Shown piece after piece: positions 1-13,113 of a DNA stretch of 64,000 nt; positions within the stretch are counted from its first letter, which is position 1, and every line of letters begins with the position of its first letter. Position numbers and translations under genes: made by a program. The stretch lies in the NCBI GenBank assembly GCA_028534125.1, contig CM052848.1, forward strand, positions 2,480,001 to 2,544,000, given 5' to 3'. The notes beneath the pieces are model-generated. The model had not been told where the DNA came from. It worked only from the letters and a program-made list of their open reading frames with translations, and did no database searches. Origin of the DNA: Lama glama (taxonomy: Eukaryota).

Positions 1-148
1 CTTAAAATAAACAATTGTCTGGAATTATCCAGATAAGCCCAATATAGTGATAGGGTGGTTAATAGAAGTAGGAGACGGAAGAGAAAATAAAAGAGATTGG
101 CAATAGAAAAGAACCTATTCCAGTGCTGCTGGTTTTGAAGATAGGGGT
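1..148 (+). mobile_element. MaLR LTR fragment (MLT1D/E-like), cut by the window edge
   Basis: 'ggaattatccagataagcccaat' and 'tgctgctggttttgaagatagg' resemble MLT1 LTR motifs (ggattatccaggtgggcccaat...gctggctttgaagatgg). Confidence 0.45.
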
Positions 149-157
149 TTGTCTGAA

Positions 158-385
158 GGGGGAGGGGGCAGTACAGAGGTAGGGGATTAAGAGGTGCAAA
201 CCATTAGGCATAAAATAAGCTACAAGGACACACTGTACAACATAAGGAAAGTAGGCAATATTTTATAATAACTATAAATGGAATATAAGCTTTAAAATTT
301 CTGAATCACTATATTGTATACCTGAAATTTATAAATGATATTACATATCAACTGTACTTCAGTAAAATTTTAAAAAATAAAAAGT
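158..385 (+). mobile_element. L1 3' UTR end, 5'-truncated, laurasiatherian/artiodactyl type
   Basis: 'ggggattaagaggtgcaaaccattaggcataaaataagctacaagga...gaatcactatattgtatacctgaaa...tcaactgtacttca' followed by an A-rich tail. Confidence 0.85.
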
Positions 386-395
386 AAATAAAATA

Positions 396-640
396 GAGGT
401 CAGACAAGAAAAGAATAAATACATGTTCTCTTCTTTCAAAAAAAGAAAAAAAAGAAAAATAACTCATAGATGCAAAGAAAAAATTAGTGGTTACCAGAGG
501 GGAAGGGGGTGGTGAGTGGTTCAAACAGGTAAAGGAGGTCAAGTGTATGGTCATGGGTAACTTTGCTTGTGATGGTGATACTTTGATCCTGCATACAGAT
601 GTTGGAATACAGTGCTGTACGCCTGAACTTTATATAGTCA
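396..640 (+). mobile_element. L1 3' UTR fragment, second subfamily
   Basis: 'aactcatagatgcaaagaaaaaattagtggttaccagaggggaaggggg...gtacgcctgaactttatata'; similar to the element at 25735 on the minus strand. Confidence 0.75.
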
Positions 641-2473
641 TTTCCAAAAGATGCAATGACTTGAAAATTTCTTACTGCTTTGGACAAGCTCTGAACCTCT
701 TTTTATGGGCGGTACCATTTTGGTTTCTGTGGGGCAGAACTAACCCTGAGATACCCATGGGCCCTCTGTTTAAATCCAACACTATCCTCACCAGTCGTTC
801 TGCAGGCTGCATGCTGTAGCTTTACATGTTATCAAATGGCTTGTGTTTCTGTCATCTCAGTGATGCTTAAAGCTCTTGTTAGCAAATGATTGCAGAGAAA
901 AGCTTCATTCACAATTTACCAAGGAGTTCGTCAGAGACACAGAGGCGGGCTTGGAGAACTGAACCCCAAAGGAACGACCGTCGGTACCAGGCTGGCCGCT
1001 CTTTCAGTGGGGTTCTTAGGTAGTAACTCCTCTTCTTCCACTATTTTTTTTCAAAAAATTTTCATGGCCACGAATCGTATTCCTGGATGCTTTCTGCAGT
1101 GTTCGCTTTCTGTAAGGTTGGTCCCTGTCCCTACCGCTGGTAATACTTATATTTATTCTCTCTCCTCAGTCAATTACGACATGGGATTAATTTTTTCAGC
1201 GTTACTGGTATGACTGGAAAAAATCCACTCTCCTAAAAAAGCGCACCCTCGTGCAGATCGCTACTTCATGATTACTGAGCACTTAACGTGCGCCAGGCAT
1301 CTGCACTGGGTGTGTTCTGTAACTACCCACCATGCCCTCGTAACGCCTCTGCGCTGCTCACCAGAATCCCGCAACTTCTTTCTTATTAATTCAGCTTAGG
1401 GCTGTGTCTGTAATAAATGGCAACACCATTGGGAAGGTTAACCTATTAAACACTGCCAGCCATTTAAACTTTTCCCTGACCCTGTCCTGAACACAGGGGT
1501 AGATGAAAGGATAGAGAAGAAGGTATGAACGTGCTAATCCCTGAGTCATTCGTGAGGACCATTCTGCCCTCCAGCCTGTAGGAGGAAAGTCAGGGTAATT
1601 TTAATGTATGGTTGCTTAGAAATGCCAGCCTGTTCGCTCCTCTCCACAGCCTGTGCCAGATGCAGCCCAATTAAATTCAACAGTTCACAGGTGTTCAGAG
1701 AGTTGCTTTCAACATAAAACCTCGCTCGCCATTAGGGCTCTCCACTTTTTTTAGTGCTCTTTAAATCTGAAATATTCTTCCAACAAAATAAACCACATTT
1801 ACAAATGAAGGCAAAAATACAAGCAATGATAATGAGGATGCTAATAATTATAAAAAATGTTTTCAATAACCGAAATGAAAGATTCTTTCAGCACCGGCTG
1901 GAATCCTAATACATTTAACCAAAGACTGAAGAAAATAATATTTTCTTGATTGAAGAAAATGAAGGGTGAAAGTGGAATACAGTTGTCCTACGGGTGTAAT
2001 GAAAGTACAAAATAAAATGTAAGAATTTGTTTTTCATCTTTCTGGCATCTTTAAATTATTAGCCCACGCAACCTCCCACACTTCCTGCATTTAATCACTG
2101 AGAATGTATCTCACACCACCCATACCCTGTTGCAGCTAGCCAGTGAATGCACCAAATGTTCCTTCATCTAGGTCGTCTCAGCCTCAATCCAGAGAAAGAA
2201 AAAAACTGACAGCCAGTGATTGATCAGTCTCCATTGAAAATTACACATACATTAAATGACTCCTAAGGACTTTGGAATTATTAGATAATTAAGGTCTGAA
2301 AAAATATGACACAAATACGCGACCTTTACTCCATACAAATCTTGTCCTTAAGTACACATCCAATACGAGAAGCAGTCCTTGGCAAGGTCTGGACGGGGAG
2401 GGTCATCACCGCACCGGGACTTACGATGGATGAATATTGCAGGGGTAGGCCAAGATTAAACTGGTTTGTTGGG

Positions 2474-2720
2474 TCATTCACTCAGCAAATATGTCTGGAG
2501 TGCCTACCGTGTAGCAGACACTGTTCTAGAAGCTAGGGTATAGCAGTGAACAAAACAAACTAGAGACCCCGCCCTGGAGAGTCTTGTGACAGGTAATCAA
2601 CATTAAACATATGATGTAACTAAATTATCCAGAATGTTAAAAGGTAGTATTTATTATGCACATAAGAAAGAAAGCCAAGCAGGGAAGGGGTAACTGGAAT
2701 TCAAAAGGAGGGGATCAGGG
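2474..2720 (-). mobile_element. L2 3' end
   Basis: 'tcattcactcagcaaatatgtctggagtgcctaccgtgtagcagacactgttctag...gcagtgaacaaaac' is the reverse complement of the L2 3' terminus. Confidence 0.7.
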
Positions 2721-2865
2721 TAGGAAGTATGGGTGGCAGCAAGAAGCAGGTTCATCCATGTCATTTATCTCAGGTATGTTTATATGTGTTGAGTGAATCC
2801 TGTGTTGAATAAAAACTATTTATATTTACTGAAATTGAATTAAGAAAAGTACAAGTTTCATTTGG

Positions 2866-3122
2866 TAATGACGATGATGATGTCAATAACTAAACTTTCC
2901 TGAGAACTAATTATGTGACAAATGCTGCTAAATTACATGAATTATTTTATATGATATTCACACAAAAAAATCTGTGAGACACTTAATGCTACCTCATCGG
3001 CTTTAAAGATCAGGAAAATATGGTTAAGAGAGGTGTAATAATTCATCCAATTCCAGCCATTATCAGAGCTGAAATTTAATGTGCTTTTCATCTCAAATCC
3101 GTGCTATTAATCATTACTGTGT
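2866..3122 (-). mobile_element. MIR SINE, near full length and diverged
   Basis: Reverse-complement MIR layout: tail, core ('aaagatcaggaaaatatggttaagagaggt'), and head ('tctcaaatccgtgctattaatcattactgtgt'). Confidence 0.6.
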
Positions 3123-3943
3123 ATCCAGTGTCTTTCTTGTCTTTTTTTTTAGAATACATTCAGAGCTCATGTTTATTCATTTTTCTATTTATACTTTAAA
3201 AATTAACAAAAAAAGTTTCTGGGTGGTTCATGGATTTTAAGTGACTCCTTTTTATTCTGAAAATACTAGATGGATTGTCTAGAAAATTTAGGAAAAATGC
3301 AAAGAAAAATATGTAGGATCCTTTAGACTTCAAGTCATTTTGCATATTTTCTTTGATGATTAGCTTTTTCACCTACTGCCTATATCATGAGCATTTCCCC
3401 ATATCTTTAATACTTTTCAAGGACATATTTAATGAGAACAGAGCAATTACCCATATGAACCTATCATAATTCATTTACTGATCCATTACAGTTGGAAACT
3501 GAGATAGGGTTCCATTTTTTTTGTTTACTAAAAGCACAGCATTAATTATGTTTTTCACCGACAGTGAACTCATTTTCTTAAGATAACACCGAAACATGAA
3601 ATGGCCACTTGAAAAGAACAGATAATTAGAGGTATCCGGTTTAGCTGTATCACCACCCCACCCCAGAAAATCTGAATCATCTTGCATTCCACAGGGAGCA
3701 GGTCAGCATGTTCATGTCCCAGCACGCCAGTCGATACTGAGGATACAAGGACATACACAACACAAGCTGTCATATATGTATTAGTTTTCCAGTTTGTTTT
3801 ACTACAAACAGCTTGATTGTGCAAACACGTTGTATTTATGGAGCACATATGATAGGTCAGGAATTTTTTAAGTGCTTTAGATACATGAATTTATTTTAAT
3901 TCTAGAAACAAATTGTACAGATAATAAATATTTTTTAGACCTT

Positions 3944-4403
3944 TGTGGTAGGATGAATAACAGCCTTCCATTGATGTAGATATTCTCACCCCTGGAGCTT
4001 GTAAATATGTTACCTTACATGGCAAAAAAAAAAAAAAAAAAAAAAGGCTTTGCTTCTGAGCTTAAGCGAAGGGTCTTGATATTACACTGAATTTTCTGGG
4101 TGGTTTCAATGTAATCTTGAAGGTCCTTAAAATAAGATGTAATAAGGGGGCATCAGGGTCAGCGAGAGAGGAGATGAGATGAAGCAAGAAGCAGAAATTA
4201 AAGTAAAATGAACCATGAGCCAAGGGATGCTCAGTCGCTAGCAGGTGAGAGAAGCAAGGAATTAGACTCTCCCCTGGAGCTTCCAGAAGGAACTCAGCAT
4301 TTCCAGTCCTTCTTGGACTTTTGACCTTCGTGTATATAATAAATCTGTGCTCAGCCACTAATCTTGTGGCAATTTGTTACAAATACAATAGGAAGCCAGT
4401 ATG
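3944..4403 (+). mobile_element. MaLR LTR (MLT1C/D-like), 5' LTR
   Basis: Starts 'tgtggtagg'; contains 'aatatgttaccttacatggcaaa', 'ctcccctggagcttccagaaggaac', AATAAA, and 'gccactaatcttgtggcaatttgttac'; has an expanded poly-A near 4025. Confidence 0.85.
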
Positions 4404-5170
4404 GATTTTCATACCTAAAGTGGGGTGCTGCTGTAAACACACATCTAAAAATATGAAAATGGCACTGGCCCATGGGAATGGGTAAAGGCGGAAAGAATTT
4501 TGAGGGCTGTGATTGAAAGTGCTTTGTGTTTGCCTTGAACAGAGTGTTAGCAGAAACACGGATGTTAATGACTCTGCTAGCAGTGATTCAAAAGACTGAG
4601 GAGCAAAGTAGAGGACACCTATATTGTCCTAGAGAATCGGTAACTCATCACAGAGAGACGGTTGGTACAAATATGGGCGTCAAATGCACTGCTTGTCAGG
4701 ATTCAGAAGGAATTGAAGACAATGTTATTGAAAAATGGAGGAAAAGAGGTACTTGTTATTTTAAGGCAGAAAGTTACGTTGTGTCCTACAGCTATGTGAA
4801 AAGCACAACTTAACACAGAGGGCTTGGATATTTAGCTGGAGATACAGCCAAGCAACAGACTGAAGTCACAGCCTCCTGTGTCTTACTTCCAGTAAAATAG
4901 GACAAATTGAGGGAACAACTATTAAGTGAAAGGAACCAGGGCTTGGAGATTTGGAAAATTATCAGCCCATCAAGACTGCCAAAGAGCTCAAATGAAGAAA
5001 TACGCTGTGAGGGAAGCATGCTCTGGAGAGAAAGTCAAGGGCCAAGTACGAATTTTGCCAATGCCTTAGATGGATCAAAAGCTTAGAATATTCAGTCATA
5101 CAGAGGACTCTTGGAAGAGATTGGGCATGTGATTCATGGATGCGTTCAAAAATCTCAATAGAAAAATGGA
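4404..5170 (+). mobile_element. MaLR internal region (MLT1-int), decayed
   Basis: Directly follows the LTR with 'gattttcatacctaaagtggggtgctgctgtaaac'; MaLR-int motifs 'atgttattgaaaaatggaggaaaagaggtacttgtt' and 'ttggatatttagctggagatac'. Confidence 0.75.
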
Positions 5171-6829
5171 GATGTGATGGTCTAGGGACGTCATGCCCCT
5201 GGGCTGGCATTGGACATGCTATCACAATCAAAACTCAAATCAGTCAAATACATGGTACGTTTGGGAGGCTTATGTTTTGTTTATTCCTGCACCATGCACT
5301 TTGGAAAGTAGGGAAGAAGAAGTAGGGTTCCAAAAAAATGTACAAATTATTTGGAGATTTAAACATTTTTAAAGCATGAGAAAAATAAATAATAACCAAA
5401 TGATTCATTGAGTGGTCTGACATTATCACAGGAGTTCAGAAGAGAGGGAAAGAGGTGGACAGTCTGAGTCTTCCAGTGAAGAAGTATAATTTAGACTGGA
5501 CTTATAAGGATTTTATTTTCATGTTGAGCACAGTGAGAGACAAGCAATGAAGAGAAGACAACTTCAGGGTAAAGGTACAGATTGGCTTAAACTAGAGAAA
5601 AACTTAGCTTGGGCATCGGGGAGATTATGTTAGGTGGGTAAAATAAAATCAGAAAATATTGAAGGTGAAATGCAGGTGTTCCTCTTTTATTAGGGAATCG
5701 CTGAAAGGATCAAATTACTAGAGACTTGAATCGATCACACTTGTGTTTGTTCTGAGTTTAACTCAAAACAGCTTATCTTTTTTTTCCCACGACACATTTA
5801 TTTGATTTGCGAAAGTGTAAACAGTAGAGTGTAGTCAATTTTACCATCACAAACACATTGAATTATTTTTATGTGTTGCATGTTTATAGTTGCATGTCTG
5901 TACCTGTGCACATAAAACATGAACTATGTAAGAATTCCAATCCTGTTTATGAAAGTGTGCAAGTAACTATGTCTAAGTTCTTGAACAGTAAATCCAACAT
6001 CAAGCCAGTGTCTCCCTACAGGTGGAGTGTGAAATGTGTCACAATTACAGGTTTTATTTGCTCTTTTTAGGCTCCAATTAATTTTGTTCCTATTCTTTTT
6101 TAATATATTATTTCATCAAACTATGTGTTTTCTGGAAGATTTATCTTTGCCCAATTATTTTATAATAACGCTGACTTTTCGTCAAAGAAAACTGTCTTAG
6201 ATTCAGAGACATTTTGAAGTATTTGAAACACAACTTGCTATAATGAAGCAGATAATAAGATCATTAAGCTTTGTTTCCCATTTGGGATAAAAGCATTATC
6301 ATTGCTTTAAAATGTACTAATTAAGCCAGTTTCGGGTCCTCAAGGAGCTGAAATCTGAATAATCTGATTTCATGGTCTTTGGTTTTCTTCCTTTTGGCCC
6401 ACGTCTGCATAAAAGGGGGCAAATCACGTCAAGCTTCATCTACTTGCTTTTCCCTAATACGGTTACTGCACTGCAGCAGCTTTCGTTGTGTTAGTCACAC
6501 GTTTATTTCCAGCCCTATTCCTGCCTCTGTTCTTTTCTGATTTCCCTGCGCCTGGATTCGTGTTTTTTTTCCGTTCTCCTATTTCATATTCTTCCACACA
6601 GCCATATTCCTTAAAGCATCTTTGTGAATCTACTCTCACCTTTTTCTCTATGCTTCTTAAATCTGTACATGGAAAATTTTCAGGCATATTGGCAAATCTC
6701 TAAATAGTGAATTATCTTGGATTTTTTGTGTAGCCTAAGGCTCAAGGTTCTTAGAAAGTCCCCTGCATTTGCACACATTATCCTCAAATAAAATGCTATG
6801 TAAACAACCAACATACATTAAAAAAAATT

Positions 6830-7190
6830 TTTTAATACTTAAAAATCTATTGCAAATATACTCAAGGATTTAAAGAAAAATATGGATGTAATATAGAAAG
6901 AAATGGAAATTATTAAAAAGAACCTAAAGGAGCATCTAAAAACAATGCAAAAACTACGATGAAACCAGTGCACAGAATGAATTTATCTGTAGTTTTGACC
7001 CTTACGAATGAAGATCAGTACTCTTGAACACAGAGAGAAAAAAAAAAAAGAAACTCAAAAATGAAGTAAAAGAAGACAAAAAAAGGCTCGGATTGGGTCG
7101 GGGGTGGAATATCAAATAGAACTTCAGCAATAAGCAGTCTAACATTTCTATACTTGGAATTCTAGTAGGAAAAAAAGATGCATAGGAAGA
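6830..7190 (+). mobile_element. Old L1 (L1M) ORF1-region fragment
   Basis: A-rich coiled-coil-type remnant 'aatatactcaaggatttaaagaaaaatatgg...aagcagtctaacatttctatacttggaattctag'. Confidence 0.55.
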
Positions 7191-7699
7191 AAACTCATAT
7201 TGAAAAAAATTGCGTATTTTCTTCACACATACACATACTTTTTCATGAAGTATAGTGTTTTATACATAAATGCATTTTTATGTAAAAAAAAAGAGAGCGG
7301 GAGTCAGCCTTCATGTATGAAACGACTGAGGAAGTTAGATAAGGATCACATTAGGTTTTGGTTTAAAAATTTAGAGAGTATTTGTGATCTTGAATTTAAT
7401 TTCAGTGTGGAGATGAGAACTAGAGACTAAGCTGAAGAGGTGGAGGACTTTAATTACTCTTTTAAACTGTGTACATGTAAGTTTTATTAAATAAAAACAT
7501 GTGCAAATAATACAACATATACCCACATAGTTAATCTAATTTGACACACATTAAAATTTAATAGATCTTAATATCCCTCATTATTTGCATTTTCCCGTTG
7601 CATGAATAGTAGATATAATTCCTATTATGACTTAACTGTTTCCGTGCTTTGGTTTATAAGTTTGTGACACATATAATTTAAAAATATCAAGAGCCTTTT

Positions 7700-8760
7700 A
7701 TGCATACTTTTAAACTGTATGCAAAGTAAACACATTACAAGTATTCTTTTGGATTTTTTTTTCATTCAAATATATTCTATTCAAATAGAATATACTGTAG
7801 TGTGGGTTTTTTTTTGTTTATTTTTTATCAATTCTTCTGTTGTTTGGTTTGTTTGTCTTTTCTTATTTTTTAGCATTGGGAAAGGTGTTTCTATAAATGT
7901 CAGCTTGTGCACCTGTATGCCAATGTATTTGGATTATGGAGTCCTAAAATACACATATTTTCACATTTGCTAATGTTCACTACACATTTTGACATTTGCC
8001 ATTTCTTCTCAGTTGTAAACTAGTTTGATGGCACCAATTTCCACTTCCTCTGATAGAATGCAGCAGTTGTGCCTTGGCACAGCTTTGACAATTCTTACTA
8101 TTTTTATGACTTAAATAGTGTTTGATGGGTATAAAAAGGTACCTTTATATGTTTCCTTTTTGACTACTTTCTGTTTAACAGTGACGGTGATTACCAGTAT
8201 TTACTGGCAATTCAGTTATCCTTTCTATGGGTTGTCTGTTATTTTATTTTGCACATATTTCTTATATGTTTTTTGTCTCTATATTATTGCTTTTTGTTTT
8301 AATTCATGTATAATACAGAGTATCATCTATATTAACAAAAGTTGGCTAATATACTATAATTATCTTTTCATGGAATATAGTTGTATTTTAATTTTACTAG
8401 TTGCAGTTAAATACATTTTTATTTTAAATACAGTCAATTTGTCAATACTTGGATTATAATTTATTTTGTGTCAAGAAATACTTTTCTTTCCAGAAGTTAT
8501 CAGTATATTATTGCATGTTTTATTCTAAAAGTTTCAAGTTTCCTTATCTTAGCTAATATTTAACTGACCTGTAGTTGAACTGTCTACATCATTTGAGGTT
8601 AAAAATTCCACCACATTTTGTTACTACCCCGGCAGCATTTACCGAGCTGTTCATCCTTCCCACAGTGGGTCTGCAATGTGAGCATTTGTCTCTTTCTAAA
8701 ATCCCTGCTCTATTCCTTCCGATCATTTGTTTAGCTGAGTATCACTTTTCTTTTGAGGGC
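7700..8760 (-). mobile_element. Ancient L1 (L1ME-like) ORF2 end and 3' UTR
   Basis: T-rich diverged antisense L1 motifs ('caccaatttccacttcctc', 'ccagtatttactggcaattcagttatcctttct', 'cagcatttaccgagctgttcatccttccc'). Confidence 0.55.
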
Positions 8761-9796
8761 CTTTCCAAGTTAATGTTTATCTGGGGGTATCAATACGACA
8801 CAAAGAAGCTCAAGGCAAATCACAAATTTACGCCAGGGCAGATAAATGCTTCTCAATTCTCAGATAATATCTTTTGAAGCCATAGCTCATTTCAAGACAG
8901 TTATTAACTGTTATCTTCCTTTGATGATGCACTGATTTTTCCATTCCCTTCTTTCACTGGATGGGTGCCAGTTTTAGGTGGGTGTCCCAGTTCTCCTCCT
9001 TGCAGGGGACACAACCATGTCTCCCGTTGCCTGGGCAACCACTAAAATAATCTCTTAGTTATCCGTGCCTGCATGGGCACCACAGTAGCCTCAGATCTAC
9101 AGTGACTTATTTCTGGTTTCTAGCTGCCTTCTTAAAGTCTGTGACCGCTGAAATGAATTTCTCTTACTTCCTTGCGTAAGTTATGGAGTGACTTAAAACA
9201 AATAAACCAAAACCAAAGATGAACCAAATTAACCAACCAAACAAATAATGTTTTATCTAAAGCATCCAGTGTTTGTGGGTATTCTGTATTGGGAGATTTA
9301 TTTTTTTTCCCCAGGGCATCTTGTACACTGCAATACTAGAATTGAAAGTCCAGCCCGGGATTTCTAGGAGTTTTGATAAAAAACAGAACAGAAAAGGAAG
9401 CAGTTGTTGGGCAGCATTTTTGCCAGTGAATGTATTTTTATCTTTTATGAAGGACCCTAAATCCCTTCAGATAAAGATGCGCTTTTCAGGTCTCTACAGT
9501 TTCACACTCTTCTCGTTTTCTGTGCCCTGTGTGCCTCTCTAATTTATGTTATCTTTCTGGTGCCTGTAGGCATTGAACCTTGCAATACCTGCTTTAAGGA
9601 TTTGACTCTTTTCTATGTTTATCCAGCTCTTAAGTTTAAAGAGCTTCTACTTGATGATGGAAGTAGAAGAAAAATTAAAGTAGACTCCTTTTCTGACTTC
9701 CATTACAATAATAGCACCCACCTCAAGCAGGTTGACCCCTCTTTCTCGTCTGCCCTCCTCTGCAAACATTCCCTGACGTTCCACTCACTTGTCTTT

Positions 9797-9910
9797 TCTT
9801 TTTTTTTAAACATTTGAAAAAATTGAAGTAAAGCCAGTTATAATGTGTCAATTTCTGGTGCACAGTGAAATGTTTCAGCCACACAGATACATACATATTA
9901 CCATTTTCAT
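9797..9910 (-). mobile_element. Short camelid-type L1 3' end
   Basis: T-tail then 'ttgaagtaaagccagttataatgtgtcaatttctggtgcacag'; same family as 11605, 33209 and 63392. Confidence 0.7.
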
Positions 9911-11604
9911 TCAACAGGATCACAAGCCACAGCTCATTTTGAGCTCAGATCTTCCCGACAGTCATTTTCTGTATTTTTATCACAGTCTTGTATTCTTCTT
10001 TGGTTTTGTGCATCAATGCTAACCTCTCACAATTAAAAAAGAAAGGAAGGGAGGAAAGAAGGGAGGAAGGGAGGAAGGAAGAATATATATAATCTTGCAA
10101 AAGGTCTTTGGGTAGGCTTACTAGGCATTATAGATGGGTCTCATTGAATTTAGTCTTTTACGCTATTCATGGATGTGTCACCAGAATTTTATTTTTAAGG
10201 AGCCAGTTAATTTTGAATCATAGTCTTATCTAAAGTTTCTGGTCATTGGATCATAGCCATGCTTTATACGAAAAAAATGTTTCTTTCCAGAAGTTTATGA
10301 GAACTATCAGCCTAGGCTAGGCATTCCTTTCCTTATCGCCAAAGCTCCAAAATAGCCCTGGTACGTCTATGTCATACATATGTCATTCTTGTTGATATTT
10401 GAGTTTCCTCTTACGATGTCAAGTGATTAAATAGATCAAAAATTATTATATAAGCAAAATGATACTATTGAAAGCTATCTGGGTCAATGAAAGTCTCCAA
10501 ACTGCCATATATTTTCTCTAATAGAACTTTTAGAAATAGCAGATGTTTCATAACACATTGATATTGAATTGAAATTTACCCAAATTGGGAGGATTTGGTG
10601 AGAGAGATTCTTGACCTACTAGGAGCAAATCTGACAACTCTGCTTGCTACATCTCCAACTGTGTGTCAGTAGTAATTAGCGTTCAGATGACACGGAGACC
10701 TTGCAAGTAATTACTTGATAAGTAACTTCCTGCAGAGGGAACCACTAGTCTGACCCCGTGGCTTTAGACATTTTAGGGCAATTTCTTACAATAAAGCTTG
10801 TTTTTTATTGTTTTGTTTTTCTTTCTTTTTGTTTTTCCCAGTCATCTTTTGACTTCCCAGATAATCCATTCTCCCAGCTACTTGGATTTCTCACCGATTT
10901 TGGAAAAAAACATCGTTTTATCAGCATTATTGATGGTAATGACATACATGTAAGCTTTAGATTGTGTTAATATACTTATACATGCACACATGCTCACATA
11001 TAATCTGTCTTTAGGTATGAAAATCCAAAGGAACTACAGAGCTGTTTCTGTAAATTAAATTACCAAGGTAAATTATTTAACCTTTCACATTTTCTGCTTA
11101 TCCCTTGGTAAAAGACATTTTAAAAGCATCCCTTCATATGCAAATCTTCATACGAAAAGAATGTTAGTGATGGCTTTTCTTTTTTAAATTTGAGGTCCAA
11201 AGGCTAGTTCTCATGTTTTGTTCCTCCCTAGCACATCTTTACAGCACTAGATTTTGATGCTTAGGATAAAAATCACCAAGTGAGCCGTAGCAACCTGTTT
11301 ATTATTTTGAATGCCAAGAGTGAAGCTTTTTGTAGTTAATTAGCTGAGTTAAATAAATCATGCTTTTTCACTCCACAGTTTTGGAAAGCAGTCTACAACA
11401 AAATAAACTGTAAAAATTACCTATGTTTAATAATACTCTAGTTGGAGTGATAGGAAACCTTTGCTTGAAATAATACCTTGCAAAGCAATGCATATCTTAA
11501 GTTTACTTGGGTATAACGTATTTCACTAAAAACATATAAACAGCGTGACTAAATAAAGTGTGATGTTAAACTATACTGACGCTTCTTCACTTTTCAATAA
11601 ATTC

Positions 11605-11743
11605 CTTTTTTTTAAATTGAAGTATAGCCAGGTACAATGTGTCGCTTTCTGGTGCACAGCACAGTGTCCCAGTCATGCAGATAGATACATATATTTGTTT
11701 TCATATTCTTTTTCATTAAATGTTATTACAAGACACTGAATAC
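11605..11743 (-). mobile_element. Short camelid-type L1 3' end
   Basis: Poly-T then 'aattgaagtatagccaggtacaatgtgtc...gtcccagtcatgca...ttattacaagacactgaataca'. Confidence 0.8.
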
Positions 11744-11789
11744 ATTTGACATTTTTGTCGATGAGTCTAGAGTCTTCTACAGTGTAACC

Positions 11790-12015
11790 TGAGTTGTCTT
11801 CAAACAACCAATGCTATCCCATCGCTTTCCTGTTTAAAAACTTCTCGTTAACAGTACCATATCCACACTTCCTAGTTTGGCATCCACAGTCTTTGATGAT
11901 GTGGTTCCAACCTTTCTTCCAAGTATTCCCTGTGGTTATTCCCAAGTCTGAGTTGTTCAGTCCCACTTCACATTTCCTACTTCCTCATCAGCGTGTCTTT
12001 TCACAACTCTGCACA
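11790..12015 (+). mobile_element. L2 fragment
   Basis: 'tttcctgtttaaaaacttctc...atccacacttcctagtttggcatccacagtctttgatgatgtggttccaacc' resembles the L2 3' region. Confidence 0.4.
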
Positions 12016-12030
12016 TGATGTAACGTTTGC

Positions 12031-13113
12031 ATTTTTAAGACTTCACTGTTTTAGAGCCGCATTAGGTTTACAACAGCCTTGTCAAGCTGGCTTCTTCCAC
12101 TTAGCAATAGATAATTTACGCCTTCTTCCTGGTGTTTTCCTCACGGTTTTATAACTCAGAAATGAATAACGTTACCCTGTCTGGCTGTACCCACTTTATC
12201 CATTCCCCTGCCGGAGGACGTGTTGGTTGCTCCAAGCTTTAGTAGCTATGAATAAAGCTGTTACAAACAACCATATGCAGGTTCTTGTGTGGGTATACGT
12301 TGTTAACGCCTTTAGGTAAATGCCAATAAGTGTGACTGCTGAACTGGATGTAAGAGCGTGTTTAGTTTTGTAGGAAACCCCGGAATGTCTTCCCAGGTGG
12401 TGCACCGTTTCCCATTCCTGTCGGCCACGTATGAGAGCTCCTGTCGCTCTGTGTCCTCGCGTGTGGGGTTGTCAGGGTTCTAGATTTGGGTCATTTCAAT
12501 AAGTGCGCCCTTCATTATTCTTTCAGTTTGCTTTTCCTTGATGGCTCATTTTCCAAATAAGCCTACAAGAAGAGATGCTTATTTGCCATCTGGGTATTTC
12601 ATCTGGTGAGATGGGTTAAGGTCTTTGGCCCATTTCTTAACTGAGCGGTCTGTTTCCTTACTAGTGGGCTTTTAGAGTTCTTTGTGTAGTTCAGGTAACG
12701 GTATGTTGGGGGATGTGTCCCTTGCAAATATATTCTCCCAGAGCGTGGTGTGTCTTCTCATCCTCTTAACGTTGTCTTCACAGAGCAGAACGGTTTGAGT
12801 TTAATGACATCAAGCTTCTCCGATATTCCTTTCCCGGAATTTCTATATTTCATTCTTTATTGGTCTTGTATCTAAAACGGTACCATCGTACCCAAAGGCA
12901 TCTATGTTTTCTCCTATGTTAGCACCTAAGAGTTTTACAGTGTTGCATTTATATTCAGCATTGTGATTCATTCTGAGTTAATGGGAAGGGTTTAAATTCT
13001 GTGTCTAGATCCATTTTTTTTTCATGTGAATATTCAGTTGTTCCAGCACCATTTGTTGAAGGGAATATCCTTGCCCCACTGTATTGCTTTTGCTCCTTTG
13101 TCAATGATCAGTT
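12031..13113 (-). mobile_element. L1MC-like LINE-1: ORF2 C-terminal region and internally deleted 3' UTR
   Basis: 'ttttagagccgcattaggtttaca' terminus; 'atgaataaagctgttacaaacaacc', 'atgcttatttgccatctg', 'cagttgttccagcaccatttgttgaag'; the minus-strand ORF 12196-12405 resembles the ORF2 C-terminus (GIYLKAL...TCIWLFVTALFIATK). Confidence 0.85.
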
